A stretch of DNA of 55,265 nucleotides from Thermodesulfobacteriota bacterium (GTDB lineage Bacteria; Desulfobacterota; GWC2-55-46; JADFVP01): assembly GCA_046753845.1 (NCBI GenBank), contig JBHHUP010000004.1:1-55265 (forward strand). The letters run 5' to 3'. A model generated the notes under the pieces. The model worked only from the letters and a program-made list of their open reading frames with translations. It searched no databases and was not told where the DNA came from. Position numbers and translations under genes: made by a program. Positions 42,419 through 52,782 of this stretch are shown piece by piece (within the stretch, counting starts at the first letter, position 1; each line of letters starts with the position of its first letter).

Positions 42419-43830
42419 TTACTTTTGCCGAGATAATCGAGGCAACAGGCGCTATATGCTCGCAGAGTCAGAGCGGGCAGATAAAAGGCGTCTCCATAGA
42501 TACTCGAACCCTGAAAGAAGGGGAGCTTTACATCGCCATAAAGGGGCCTAATTATAATGGCGCCAGGTTCTGTGAGGAGGCATTTACCAAAGGGGCAGCT
42601 GCCGTCATGGTGCAGAGGGGCGGCATGGCCATTAGTCACGGTCTGGGCATAGTCTTCATGGTAAATGATACGGTAAGGGCCCTCGGCGACCTTGGGGCTT
42701 TTATAAGGCGTAAATTCAATACGCCCCTTATAGCTGTTGCCGGCAGCTCCGGCAAGACTACGACAAAGGAGATGATAGCCTCCATACTCTCGCGGGACCG
42801 CTCTATCCTTAAGACAGAGGGTAATAAAAATAACCTTATAGGGCTGCCCCTTACCCTCGCGGGGCTCGGCGGCGGGCAGAGCGCCGTGGTAGTGGAGCTT
42901 GGCATAAGCGAGCCCGGGGAGATGGAGAGGCTTGCCTCTATAGCCGCCCCTGATGTAGCCCTTATTACCAATATCGGAAGGGCCCATCTTGAGAACTTCG
43001 GCACCCTTGGGAGCATCGGGCAGGAGAAGGGCAAATTATACGAGCTGGCAGGGGATGCCTGTGTGAAGGTCGTTAATATCGATGACCCTCTTGCGGTAAA
43101 GGCCGCGGACCTTCCGCTCTTACGCAGCCTGGGCCGTGAGTTTGTTACCTTCAGCACAGGACGCGTGGCTGATGTGCGGCTTATAGAGGAGAAACAGCTC
43201 GGGGGACTCGAAGGCGTGCTTGTTACCTTTGATGTACGCGGACAGGTCTTTGATGTAAGGCTAAGCGTTCCCGGGGCATTTAATGTGACAAACGCCCTTG
43301 CCGCCATAGCCGCCGTACTGCCTCTTGGTGTGTATCTTGATGATATTCGCGCCGGACTTCGGTCTTATAAGGGCCTTGGCGGCAGGATGGAGGTTAAGGC
43401 CACGGGGGTTATTACCCTTATTGATGATACCTATAACGCCAACCCCGATTCCCTCTCTGCGGCCCTGGAGACCCTTGGGGGAACAGAGGGAAGAAAGGTC
43501 GCAGTAATAGGAGAGATGTGTGAGCTCGGCGAGGCATCAGAGCGCGCTCACCTTGATGCGGGCATATTGGCCGCCCGCCTCGGCATAGACATTCTTGTAA
43601 CTCTTGGAAGGCGCGCGGAGGAGCTTGCCCGCGGGGCCATGGACGGCGGTATGCCCGTGAAGAGCATATTTGTCTTTGAAGATAAAAAGGCCGCTCTCAC
43701 GGGGCTTCGTGATGAGATACTGAGAGAGGGAGATGTGGTGCTTGTAAAGGGCTCGAGAGCGGCGGGGCTGGAGTTTATAGCCGAAGGTCTTAAATCTGAG
43801 GGAGATGCCTCGCAGGAGGCATGCGGTTAA
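42415..43830 (+). CDS. murF: UDP-N-acetylmuramoyl-tripeptide--D-alanyl-D-alanine ligase
   Basis: 471 aa with the P-loop AVAGSSGKTTTKEM and DDTYNANPDS. A 4-nt overlap with murE is present. Confidence 0.93.
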   Translation: MITFAEIIEATGAICSQSQSGQIKGVSIDTRTLKEGELYIAIKGPNYNGARFCEEAFTKGAAAVMVQRGGMAISHGLGIVFMVNDTVRALGDLGAFIRRKFNTPLIAVAGSSGKTTTKEMIASILSRDRSILKTEGNKNNLIGLPLTLAGLGGGQSAVVVELGISEPGEMERLASIAAPDVALITNIGRAHLENFGTLGSIGQEKGKLYELAGDACVKVVNIDDPLAVKAADLPLLRSLGREFVTFSTGRVADVRLIEEKQLGGLEGVLVTFDVRGQVFDVRLSVPGAFNVTNALAAIAAVLPLGVYLDDIRAGLRSYKGLGGRMEVKATGVITLIDDTYNANPDSLSAALETLGGTEGRKVAVIGEMCELGEASERAHLDAGILAARLGIDILVTLGRRAEELARGAMDGGMPVKSIFVFEDKKAALTGLRDEILREGDVVLVKGSRAAGLEFIAEGLKSEGDASQEACG

Positions 43831-43836
43831 TAGAGC

Positions 43837-44910
43837 ATGTTATATCATTTTTTATTTCCTCTTGCTGAGTACCATACGATATTTAATGTATTTCAGTACA
43901 TTACGTTTCGTACAATATACGCAGCCGTAACTTCCCTGGTGCTGAGTTTTGTTCTCGGGCCCTATCTTATAAGGAAGCTGAAGAGACTTAAGGTGGAGGA
44001 CGTTGTGCGCAGTGACGGGCCGCCGACGCATGCCGGCAAGGAGGGGACCCCGACTATGGGAGGGGCGATAATCCTCCTTGTGATATTTATAAGCATCGTG
44101 CTCTGGGGCAACTTCTCGAATTTTTTTGTATGGCTCCTGCTTTTTGTGATTCTCGCGATGGGGGTTATAGGTTTTGTTGATGATCTTAAGAAGGTCAGGC
44201 AGCGTGACAAGAAGGGGCTTTCAGCAAGGAGCAAGATCGGCGCGCAGGCCGGTGTGGCCCTCTTAGTGGCTATCTTACTCTATGCTACAGGATTTGATAC
44301 GGCTGTGACCATACCTTTTTTTAAGGACGCGGGTTTTGATATGGGGGTTTTGTACATACCATTTGCCATGCTCGTAATAGTAGGCGCCTCAAACGCCGTT
44401 AACCTCACCGACGGCCTTGACGGGCTTGCCATAGGCCCCATGATTATATCCATGGCCACGTATATGCTCCTTGCCTATATAACGGGCCATGTGAAGATAG
44501 CCTCATATCTTCAGATTATGCATGTCTCCAACGCGGCTGAGATAACCGTATTTGCAGGGGCCATCGTTGGGGCGAGCCTTGGTTTTTTGTGGTTCAACTC
44601 ATATCCCGCCCAGGTATTCATGGGAGACGTGGGCTCGTTATCTCTTGGCGGGGCCCTCGGCACCATAGCGGTTATGACAAAACAGGAGGCCCTGCTTCTT
44701 ATCGTCGGAGGCATATTTGTCGTAGAGGCCCTCTCGGTAATGTGTCAGGTAGGTTCTTTTAAACTTACGGGCAAGAGGGTCTTCGCCATGGCCCCCATAC
44801 ACCATCATTACGAGTTAAAGGGCTGGGCAGAGCCCAAGATAATAGTAAGGTTCTGGATAATCTCCATAATACTGGCCCTTATAGCCGTAAGTACACTGAA
44901 GATAAGGTAG
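43837..44910 (+). CDS. mraY: Phospho-N-acetylmuramoyl-pentapeptide transferase
   Basis: 357 aa, polytopic, with [20 protein letters not shown] and APIHHHYE. Confidence 0.95.
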   Translation: MLYHFLFPLAEYHTIFNVFQYITFRTIYAAVTSLVLSFVLGPYLIRKLKRLKVEDVVRSDGPPTHAGKEGTPTMGGAIILLVIFISIVLWGNFSNFFVWLLLFVILAMGVIGFVDDLKKVRQRDKKGLSARSKIGAQAGVALLVAILLYATGFDTAVTIPFFKDAGFDMGVLYIPFAMLVIVGASNAVNLTDGLDGLAIGPMIISMATYMLLAYITGHVKIASYLQIMHVSNAAEITVFAGAIVGASLGFLWFNSYPAQVFMGDVGSLSLGGALGTIAVMTKQEALLLIVGGIFVVEALSVMCQVGSFKLTGKRVFAMAPIHHHYELKGWAEPKIIVRFWIISIILALIAVSTLKIR

Positions 44911-44948
44911 GATGAAAATCCGTGATTGAGAGCTGCGGGGAGATAGCG

Positions 44949-46370
44949 ATGAGCAAGAGTGAGTCCGGCGGAGGGGGCAAAATTATCACCAATGGCCCGG
45001 GCCCTTCCGAGGTCCTTGCGGGGCGAAAAGTCCTTGTCGTCGGCCTTGGAGTTACGGGCTTTTCCGTAGCAAGGTTTCTCGTTAAACACGGTGCCGTGGT
45101 GAGGGGCACTGATATTAGAGACGAAGAGAGACTTACGGGCGCCGAAGACCTTAAAGAGATGGGGCTTGCCATAAGCGCCGGAGGTTTTAAACGTTGTGAT
45201 TTCCTAAGCGCCGAGCTTATTGTAATAAGCCCCGGTATAGCGGCCTCCAATCCTCTGCTTAGCGAGGCGCGCGAGAAGGGCATAGAGGTTATAGGCGATC
45301 TTGAGCTCGCGAGCCGCTTTATGGATGTACCCATAATCGCCATAGCCGGAACAAACGGCAAATCAACGGTGACATCCCTTATAGGGGAGATACTTGAGGC
45401 CTCGGGACGAAGCGTCTTTGTAGGCGGCAATATCGGCACACCTGTCTGTGATTATTTTTTAAAGGAGGTCCGGGCCGAGATATGCGTGCTCGAGGTAAGC
45501 AGTTTTCAGCTTGAGTCAATCGTTACCTTCAGCCCCCATATAGCCCTGCTCTTGAATATTACAGAGGACCACCTCGAGAGGTACAGCGGTTTCGCCGAGT
45601 ACGCGGCAGTGAAGTTCAGGGTCTTTGATAATCAGAAAAGCGGTGATTTTGCGGTAGTTAACGCCGCTGACGCCGTCATTGATAAGGAGACACTTGGTGA
45701 AGCGGCGCAGAGGCACGGCGAGGCCCTCTATCTGCCCTTTAACCGCTCTAATGGCGCGGGGATTTATTATGAGGGTAAAAATATAGTATTCGCCTTTGAG
45801 GGCCGCCGTGAGACCTATTGCGTAGAGGCCCCGGGCCTTAAAGGGGCCCATAACATGGAGAACGCCATGGCTGCCGTGGCTGCCCTGCGTTTATCAGGCG
45901 TAAGCCGTGAGGATGTATCAGAGGGGCTGCGGAGCTTTAAGGGGCTACGGCACAGGATGGAGCTTATTGGGGAGCGCGGCGGTGTGTCATTTGTAGATGA
46001 TTCCAAGGGCACTAATACAGGGGCACTCTTGATGGCCCTTAAGAGCACCCCTGCTCCTGTTATCTTAATCGCGGGGGGCAGAGACAAGCACGGAGATTAC
46101 GGAGTGCTAAACGCTCTTATGGCCGATAAGGTACGGCTCCTTCTCGCCCTCGGCGAGGCAGGGGGCAGGCTCTCTGAGGCCTTTACCGGCATCGTGGAGG
46201 TAAGGAAGGTCTCTTCCATGGAAGAGGCCGTAGAGACGGCCGCGGCAGAGGCCCGTCCGGGCGAGACAGTGCTGCTCTCGCCGGCATGTTCGAGCTTTGA
46301 TATGTTCAGGGATTTTAAGGAGCGGGGCGACCGGTTTGCCGCTCTTGTACGTGCGCTGCCCGAGCGCTGA
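44949..46370 (+). CDS. murD: UDP-N-acetylmuramoylalanine--D-glutamate ligase
   Basis: VLVVGLGVTGFS Rossmann motif and the P-loop IAIAGTNGKSTV. ATG 44949, preceded by GGGGAG, is preferred over GTG 44922. Confidence 0.92.
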   Translation: MSKSESGGGGKIITNGPGPSEVLAGRKVLVVGLGVTGFSVARFLVKHGAVVRGTDIRDEERLTGAEDLKEMGLAISAGGFKRCDFLSAELIVISPGIAASNPLLSEAREKGIEVIGDLELASRFMDVPIIAIAGTNGKSTVTSLIGEILEASGRSVFVGGNIGTPVCDYFLKEVRAEICVLEVSSFQLESIVTFSPHIALLLNITEDHLERYSGFAEYAAVKFRVFDNQKSGDFAVVNAADAVIDKETLGEAAQRHGEALYLPFNRSNGAGIYYEGKNIVFAFEGRRETYCVEAPGLKGAHNMENAMAAVAALRLSGVSREDVSEGLRSFKGLRHRMELIGERGGVSFVDDSKGTNTGALLMALKSTPAPVILIAGGRDKHGDYGVLNALMADKVRLLLALGEAGGRLSEAFTGIVEVRKVSSMEEAVETAAAEARPGETVLLSPACSSFDMFRDFKERGDRFAALVRALPER

Positions 46371-46381
46371 GGAAGGTTCTT

Positions 46382-47491
46382 ATGACGGTACTGAAGATAG
46401 GTGATACGGACAGGTTCCTTGTCCTCTCGGCCCTGGCCCTGCTGGTAATGGGTGTGGTAATGGTCTATTCCACCAGTTATATCGTGGCCATGAACCGCTT
46501 CGGCGATGAGTTCTTCTTTATGAAAAAACACCTTACCTACGCCTTTATAGGGCTCGTGATGTTTGTGGCGGCCTCGAGGATCCCCTATACCCTTTACGGC
46601 AGGCTTGTCTACCCCATACTGATACTCGCCGCTATTCTGCTCTTTCTCATATATGTTCCCGGTATTGGTTTTACGGCAGGGGGCTCGCGGCGGTGGGTCC
46701 ATCTCGGGCCGCTGGCCTTTCAGCCATCTGAGCCGGCAAAGCTTGCCATTGTTATATTTCTTGCCTACTCACTCTCTGACAAGGCGGAGAAGATCAAGGA
46801 TTTCTGGTTTGGATTTTTACCAAATATTATTATTCCGGGCCTTTTTGTCGTACTTATTCTCATGGAGCCCGACCTCGGCACGGCCCTTACCCTCTCGGCC
46901 CTCGTGCTTATCATGAGCTTTGCCGGAGGCGTAAGGCTGCGGTATTTGCTGGGGCTCTTTGTGCCTGTTGTGCCCCTCTTGATTTTTGTAGTTCAGAGGC
47001 ACCCTTATATGCTTAAACGGCTCTTGATATTCATGGACCCCTGGAAGGATTCTCTTGGGGCGGGTTTTCAGATGGTGCAATCCTTCCTCGCCTTCGGCTC
47101 CGGAGGGGTGACGGGCGTGGGGCTTGGCGAGGGCATGCAGAAGCTCTTTTATCTGCCAGAGGCCCATACGGACTTTATTCTCTCCGTAATCGGCGAGGAG
47201 CTGGGGCTTGTGGGCGTAGGGCTTGTCATAGCCTTTTATGTTGTATTTCTTGTCTCGGGGATAAAGATAACCCTTAAGGCAAAGGACCTCTTCGGGGCCT
47301 ACCTTGCTCTCGGGCTTACGGTAATGGTCTCCATGCAGGCGGCGGTAAATATGGCCGTTGTCATGGGGTTGCTGCCGCCAAAGGGACTTACGCTTCCATT
47401 TATCAGTTACGGCGGCAGCTCTCTTGTAATAAATATGATAGCCGTAGGAATACTGCTGAACATATATATAAAGAACGCCGAGGAGGCCTAA
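46382..47491 (+). CDS. ftsW: SEDS peptidoglycan glycosyltransferase FtsW
   Basis: 369 aa, about 10 TM segments, with FQPSEPAKLA and PFISYGGSS motifs. The position between murD and murG fits ftsW. Confidence 0.93.
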   Translation: MTVLKIGDTDRFLVLSALALLVMGVVMVYSTSYIVAMNRFGDEFFFMKKHLTYAFIGLVMFVAASRIPYTLYGRLVYPILILAAILLFLIYVPGIGFTAGGSRRWVHLGPLAFQPSEPAKLAIVIFLAYSLSDKAEKIKDFWFGFLPNIIIPGLFVVLILMEPDLGTALTLSALVLIMSFAGGVRLRYLLGLFVPVVPLLIFVVQRHPYMLKRLLIFMDPWKDSLGAGFQMVQSFLAFGSGGVTGVGLGEGMQKLFYLPEAHTDFILSVIGEELGLVGVGLVIAFYVVFLVSGIKITLKAKDLFGAYLALGLTVMVSMQAAVNMAVVMGLLPPKGLTLPFISYGGSSLVINMIAVGILLNIYIKNAEEA

Positions 47492-47519
47492 TGCTTCTTT
47501 GTATTAAAAAGGTGAGACT

Positions 47520-48650
47520 TTGAAGTTTGTCCTGACAGGCGGAGGCACAGGGGGGCATCTATTCCCCGCTATAGCCCTTGCCGAGGAACTTAAAAAACGG
47601 GATAGCTCCGTTGAGGTGGAGTTTATCGGCGCAAGGGGCGGACTTGAGGAGAAGATTATCCCGGGTTATGGTTATCCGCTTACGCTCTTAAGCGTAGAGG
47701 GGTTGAAGGGCGGGCGCGGCCTTAAGCGTGGTGTGGCCATAATTAAGGCCCTGGCGGCCACGATGCGCGCCATAGGCATACTTAGAAGGCTTCGCCCCAA
47801 CGGCGTCATAGGGAGCGGGGCATACTCATCGGCCCCTGTTGTTACGGCGGCACGGATACTCGGGATAAAGACGGCCATAATGGAACAGAACGCCATGGCG
47901 GGCCTTACCAACAGGATGCTCGCCCGCGTAGTTGATAGAGTTTATACGGCCTTTCCCGAGGCGGGTGAGTTCTTTCCGCAAAAAAAGGTTGTACTTGCCG
48001 GTAACCCCATGAGAGGGGAGATACTTGAGAAGGCTGCTCTTTCGCGCAGCCCCGGGGAGAAGGTGAGAGGGAAGGATAAAAAATTTACCCTGCTTATCTT
48101 CGGCGGCAGTCAGGGCGCTACGGCCATAAACGCGGCCTTCCTTGATGCCACGGAGTACCTTACCGATATATGGGATAACCTTGAGGTTATTCATCAGACA
48201 GGAGACAAGGGGTACGCATTTGTAGAAGAGGCATATGAGAGAAAAAAACTTAATGTGCGCCTCTATAAATTTATAGACTCCATGGGCGAGGCCTATGCCT
48301 CGGCGGACCTTGTGGTCTGCCGTGCAGGGGCCACTTCCATAGCAGAGATAGCGGCCTTCGGCCTTGCCTCAATACTTGTGCCTTATCCCTTTGCCTCTGA
48401 TAACCATCAGGAGGTAAACGCCCGCTGTCTTGTGCGTGCCGGCGGGGCGGTGATGATACCGCAGGAGAGGCTTACAGGCCGCTCCCTTGCCGAGAGCATC
48501 AGGTCTTTTTACGAGAACCCCGGTGAGCTCGAGGAGGCAAGAAAAAAGGCCCTGGGCTTTGGCAGGGTTAACGCGGCCTCGGTTATCGTAGATGATTTTT
48601 TGAATCTCCTCAGGGTAAAGGACGCTTTTAGTCTATCACGGGCAACGTAA
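47520..48650 (+). CDS. murG: Undecaprenyldiphospho-muramoylpentapeptide beta-N-acetylglucosaminyltransferase
   Basis: 376 aa with TGGGTGGHLFPAIALAEEL and a C-terminal GATSIAEI. The start is TTG. Confidence 0.93.
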   Translation: MKFVLTGGGTGGHLFPAIALAEELKKRDSSVEVEFIGARGGLEEKIIPGYGYPLTLLSVEGLKGGRGLKRGVAIIKALAATMRAIGILRRLRPNGVIGSGAYSSAPVVTAARILGIKTAIMEQNAMAGLTNRMLARVVDRVYTAFPEAGEFFPQKKVVLAGNPMRGEILEKAALSRSPGEKVRGKDKKFTLLIFGGSQGATAINAAFLDATEYLTDIWDNLEVIHQTGDKGYAFVEEAYERKKLNVRLYKFIDSMGEAYASADLVVCRAGATSIAEIAAFGLASILVPYPFASDNHQEVNARCLVRAGGAVMIPQERLTGRSLAESIRSFYENPGELEEARKKALGFGRVNAASVIVDDFLNLLRVKDAFSLSRAT

Positions 48651-48676
48651 TTTTAATCTGAATTAAGGCGGCTTAG

Positions 48677-50080
48677 ATGTACAGAGGAAGGATTAAGAGA
48701 ATTCATTTTGTGGGCATAGGCGGGTCCGGCATGAACGGCATAGCCGAGGTCCTGCTGAATATGGGTTATGAGGTCACGGGCTCGGATATCGCGGCTTCCG
48801 CCCCGGTGAAGAGGCTTACACAGCTTGGCGCCTCAGTTCATATAGGGCACAGAAAAGAGAACGTAAGCAAGGCACAGTGCGTAGTTTATTCCTCGGCCAT
48901 TGGCGAGAGCAACCCCGAGCTTATGGCCGCTTCGGAGCTGAATATTCCCATAATTCCAAGGGCGGAGATGCTTGCCGAGCTCATGCGCATGAAGTACGGC
49001 ATCGCCATTGCCGGCACCCACGGCAAGACAACGACTACTTCCTTAATAGCATCAATATTCGCCCTTGCCGATGTAGACCCCACGGTGGTAACGGGCGGTA
49101 AGCTTAACAGCATCGGGGCAAACGCCCGTCTCGGTAAAGGCGATATCCTTGTGGCCGAGGCAGATGAGAGCGACGGGAGTTTTCTTAAACTTACCCCCAC
49201 CATGACTGTTGTTACGAGCATTGACCGCGAGCACATGAACCATTACCAAAGCCTGGACGACCTTCATGAGGCCTTTATCGGATTTATGAATAAGGTGCCT
49301 TTTTACGGCGTTAATATACTCTGCCTTGACCATCCTGTGATTCAGGGGCTTCTGCCCCGAGTCTCGAGAAGGGTCACTACGTACGGGCTTGCGGCTCAGG
49401 CCGATGTACGGGGCACAAACCTCGCCTATGACGGGATGAGTACCTCCTTTGATCTCTTTTTACGGGGCAGGGAGCTGGGGTCTATAACCCTGCGGCTTCC
49501 CGGGGCGCATAACGTGCAGAACGCCCTTGCCGCCGCCGGTGTGGCCCTGGAGCTTGATATAGGTTTTGAGATTATCAAAAAGGGGCTTGAGTCTTTTTCA
49601 GGTGTGGAGCGCAGGTTTCATGTGCGCGGCATTATGGGCGGCGTTACCGTAGTTGATGACTACGGGCATCACCCCGAGGAGATAAAGGCCGTGCTCAAGG
49701 GGGCAAAGGAGAGTTTTAATAAGAGGATAGTCGCCGTGTTTCAGCCCCACAGGTACTCAAGGACCGCTGATCTCTTCAATGATTTTTTATCGGCCTTTAA
49801 TGATGTGGATAAACTCGTTGTCACCGATATCTACGCCGCCGGAGAAGAGCCTATAGAAGGTATTAACGGTCATGCCCTCTACGAGGCCATCAGGGAGCAC
49901 GGCCACAAGGATATTACCTATATAAAAGTCGTTGCCCATGTGCCGGAGTACCTTAAGGGGATTGTCCGCGGCGGCGACCTTGTCCTGACACTTGGCGCAG
50001 GTGATGTCTGGAAGGCGGGCACGGGGCTCTTGGAGTGTCTTAAGAGTGAAGATAAAAAACAAGACCGCAGGGTGCTCTGA
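48677..50080 (+). CDS. murC: UDP-N-acetylmuramate--L-alanine ligase
   Basis: 467 aa with HFVGIGGSGMNGIAEVL and the P-loop IAIAGTHGKTTTTS. Confidence 0.95.
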   Translation: MYRGRIKRIHFVGIGGSGMNGIAEVLLNMGYEVTGSDIAASAPVKRLTQLGASVHIGHRKENVSKAQCVVYSSAIGESNPELMAASELNIPIIPRAEMLAELMRMKYGIAIAGTHGKTTTTSLIASIFALADVDPTVVTGGKLNSIGANARLGKGDILVAEADESDGSFLKLTPTMTVVTSIDREHMNHYQSLDDLHEAFIGFMNKVPFYGVNILCLDHPVIQGLLPRVSRRVTTYGLAAQADVRGTNLAYDGMSTSFDLFLRGRELGSITLRLPGAHNVQNALAAAGVALELDIGFEIIKKGLESFSGVERRFHVRGIMGGVTVVDDYGHHPEEIKAVLKGAKESFNKRIVAVFQPHRYSRTADLFNDFLSAFNDVDKLVVTDIYAAGEEPIEGINGHALYEAIREHGHKDITYIKVVAHVPEYLKGIVRGGDLVLTLGAGDVWKAGTGLLECLKSEDKKQDRRVL

Positions 50081-51013
50081 ATGAAGGATAAGAATGTTTC
50101 ACGCCAATATCCGCTTATCTTTGTGGAGCGATTTAAGGGCAGGGTTATCTTTAATGCCCCTATGGCGGAGTATACCTCTTTTGGCATAGGCGGGCCCGCT
50201 GAGGTCATGGCCTTTCCCGTGGATGAGAATGACCTTAAGGAGATACTCGGTTTTGCGGTATCGAAAAAGTTTCCCTTTATCATAATCGGCATGGGCACGA
50301 ATCTGCTCGTAAGGGACGGCGGTTATCGCGGGATAGTTATTAATATGAGAGAGGGGTTAAAGGATATTATTTGGAACGAGGGCAACGCCACGGCCATTGT
50401 GGGCGCAGGGGTGAGGACCCCCGCCTTTGTGGCCTCATCAGCCGAGAAGGGGTTTACGGGCATGGAGTTTGCCGCTTCCATCCCCGGGACCATGGGCGGC
50501 GCGGCGGTGATGAACGCCGGGGCCTACGGGGCGGATATGAGTTATGTCATGGACGGCGTAGAGGTAATGAGCCGTAAGGGCGTCGTGAGGTTTCTGCCCG
50601 CCGCGGAGATGGAGCTTGCCTACAGGTCATCAAACATAAGCGTAGATACTGTTGTTACAAAGGTTCACCTCAGGCTCGGTAGAGACGAGCCCTCTAAGAT
50701 TAAGGACCGCATAAAGGAATTTGTAGAGAGGAGAAAAAAGACAACGGCCTCCATACCCCCCGCTAACGCAGGTTCCATATTCAGAAACCCCGAGGGGGTG
50801 CCCGCGGGCAGGCTTATCGAGGAGGCGGGGCTAAAGGGGCGGAGTGAGGGCGCGGCAGAGGTATCCAGGATACACGCAAATTATATCGTTAATAAGGGCG
50901 GGGCAAAGGCCTCTCATGTATTATCCCTTATGGCCCTTGTGCGTGACAATGTGTACAGCAGGTCGGGAGTGCTTCTTGAGCCCGAGATAAAGGTAGTTGG
51001 AGAGGATGGATAA
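50081..51013 (+). CDS. murB: UDP-N-acetylenolpyruvoylglucosamine reductase
   Basis: 310 aa with an FAD-binding domain (FGIGGPAEV, GMGTNLLV) and the catalytic region AGSIFRNP. It directly abuts the murC stop. Confidence 0.93.
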   Translation: MKDKNVSRQYPLIFVERFKGRVIFNAPMAEYTSFGIGGPAEVMAFPVDENDLKEILGFAVSKKFPFIIIGMGTNLLVRDGGYRGIVINMREGLKDIIWNEGNATAIVGAGVRTPAFVASSAEKGFTGMEFAASIPGTMGGAAVMNAGAYGADMSYVMDGVEVMSRKGVVRFLPAAEMELAYRSSNISVDTVVTKVHLRLGRDEPSKIKDRIKEFVERRKKTTASIPPANAGSIFRNPEGVPAGRLIEEAGLKGRSEGAAEVSRIHANYIVNKGGAKASHVLSLMALVRDNVYSRSGVLLEPEIKVVGEDG

Positions 51014-51038
51014 TGGAGCGGACCCCTATGGTGCGAAG

Positions 51039-51971
51039 ATGAGCCCTTTACTCGGTAAGAGGATAGCTGTCCTTATGGGCGGCGAGTCGGCTGAACGGGA
51101 GATATCGCTTCGCAGCGGGGAGGCCGTATTAAAGGCCCTTATTGAGGCCGGTTATGACGCCCTTGCCATAGACGCGGGAAGGGATGTCTTTACGAGGTTA
51201 GAGGCCGAGGGCGCGGAGGCCGTATTTATCGTCCTTCACGGCGGGGCCGGCGAGGACGGCTCCATTCAGGGCGGACTTGAGGTTATGGGGCTGCCCTATA
51301 CGGGCTCGGGAGTAATGGCAAGCGCGCTATGCATGGACAAGATTGCCGCTAAAAAACTCATGCTCCTTAACAAAATCCCAACGCCTGCCTTTAGCGAGGT
51401 TGTAACGGCAGAAGGAGTAAAGGGGCTGAAATATCCGATTATTGTAAAACCCTCTGCCGGGGGCTCTACGCTCGGTCTAAGCCTTGTTACAGATGAGGCC
51501 GGGCTTGAAGGGGCCCGATGTAAGGCCGCGAGGTTCGGCTCCGCTGTTTTAGCTGAAGAGCGCGTTACAGGCAGAGAGGTAAGTATCTCCATACTTGACG
51601 GCCGGGTTTTTCCCATTGTTGAGATCTTGACGGGCGGAGGACTTTATGATTATGAGGCCAAGTATACGGCGGGCGGGGCGAGTTTTACGGTCCCGGCAAA
51701 GCTGCCGGAGAAGCTCTGTGAGCGTTTATCCTCTATAGCGCTTTGCAGCTATCGTGCCCTTGGCTGCAGCGGCGCTGCGCGCGTGGATATATTAATAGAT
51801 GAAGAGAGCAACCCCTTTGTGCTTGAGATTAATACCTCCCCCGGGCTTACTTCGAGGAGCCTGCTGCCCATGGCGGCCGGTGAAGCGGGACTAAGTTACA
51901 CTGACCTTATAGTGGAGATATTAGAGGGTGCATCTCTGGAGAGTGCGGTAGATGAGAAGCAAGGCTGTTAA
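51039..51971 (+). CDS. ddl: D-alanine--D-alanine ligase
   Basis: KRIAVLMGGESAEREISLRSG, the ATP-grasp segment IVKPSAGGSTLGLSLV, and LEINTSPGLT. The start is uncertain among TTG 50997, ATG 51006 and ATG 51039. Confidence 0.9.
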   Translation: MSPLLGKRIAVLMGGESAEREISLRSGEAVLKALIEAGYDALAIDAGRDVFTRLEAEGAEAVFIVLHGGAGEDGSIQGGLEVMGLPYTGSGVMASALCMDKIAAKKLMLLNKIPTPAFSEVVTAEGVKGLKYPIIVKPSAGGSTLGLSLVTDEAGLEGARCKAARFGSAVLAEERVTGREVSISILDGRVFPIVEILTGGGLYDYEAKYTAGGASFTVPAKLPEKLCERLSSIALCSYRALGCSGAARVDILIDEESNPFVLEINTSPGLTSRSLLPMAAGEAGLSYTDLIVEILEGASLESAVDEKQGC

Positions 51972-52782
51972 GAAAAAGAAGAGAAGCAATAAGAGGCGGC
52001 GAGAGCCCTTTTTCAAGCGGGTCGCCCATCGTCTGGCCGCAGCAATAAAGGCAGGCGTGGTCATGGGGCTTGTGGTCTTTATAGGATACGGCTCATGGTG
52101 GCTCTACGGTAAGGCCATAACCTCGCCGGAGCTGGCCGTAAGGCACCTCTCCGTAAAGGGGGCGCTCCGCACTCAGCCCCGCGAAATTATAAGGCTCGCA
52201 GGTATCAGAGAGGGGCAGAATATCTATTCCTTTTCTGCAGGAGAGGTGGAGCGCTCGATAAAGAAAAACCCCTGGGTCCTCGGCGCGGCCGTGAAGAGAA
52301 GGCTGCCGGGCACGGTAAAGATTGTAATCACGGAGAGGCGGCCCGTGGCCATTGTGCAGATGAAAGACCTCTTTGTAATGGACAGTCAGGGTACGGTTTT
52401 TAAGAAACTCGCCTCAGGTGAGAGGCTTGACCTGCCCCTTGTAACGGGCCTTAGCGAGGAGATGGTACAGAACGAGGGCCTCCTTATGAGCTCCTTTATG
52501 AGGCTTTTTTCCCTTCTGGAGGGCAGAGATGGCTTTAACCTTGATAACGTATCGGAGATACACTGCGACGCCCTCTATGGTTTTACCCTCCATACCCTTG
52601 ACCACGGTCTTAAGGTAGAGCTCGGGGATTCTCACTTTGAGGCGGGTCTCAGACTTTTTGAGAGATTAAGGGGTGTGAAGAAGGGGGCCTTAAGGGGCGC
52701 CCTGGCAGTGGATGTGCGTAAAGCCGGAGAGGTCCTTGTAAGATATGACCATGATGTGGCAAATGGGGGGAGAAGAACTTAG
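51952..52782 (+). CDS. ftsQ: Cell division protein FtsQ
   Basis: 276 aa with a basic N-terminus, one TM (VVMGLVVFIGYGSWWLY) and a POTRA-like region. The position between ddl and ftsA fits ftsQ. Confidence 0.85.
   Translation: MRSKAVKKKKRSNKRRREPFFKRVAHRLAAAIKAGVVMGLVVFIGYGSWWLYGKAITSPELAVRHLSVKGALRTQPREIIRLAGIREGQNIYSFSAGEVERSIKKNPWVLGAAVKRRLPGTVKIVITERRPVAIVQMKDLFVMDSQGTVFKKLASGERLDLPLVTGLSEEMVQNEGLLMSSFMRLFSLLEGRDGFNLDNVSEIHCDALYGFTLHTLDHGLKVELGDSHFEAGLRLFERLRGVKKGALRGALAVDVRKAGEVLVRYDHDVANGGRRT

Noticed and set aside
38921-47491. Long - strand ORFs inside the dcw cluster (39938-40672, 42367-42987, 42636-43307, 44879-45439, 46097-46702, among others)
   Set aside because: Each is antisense to a Mur/Fts gene that has unmistakable motifs on the + strand. 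None has a recognisable domain.
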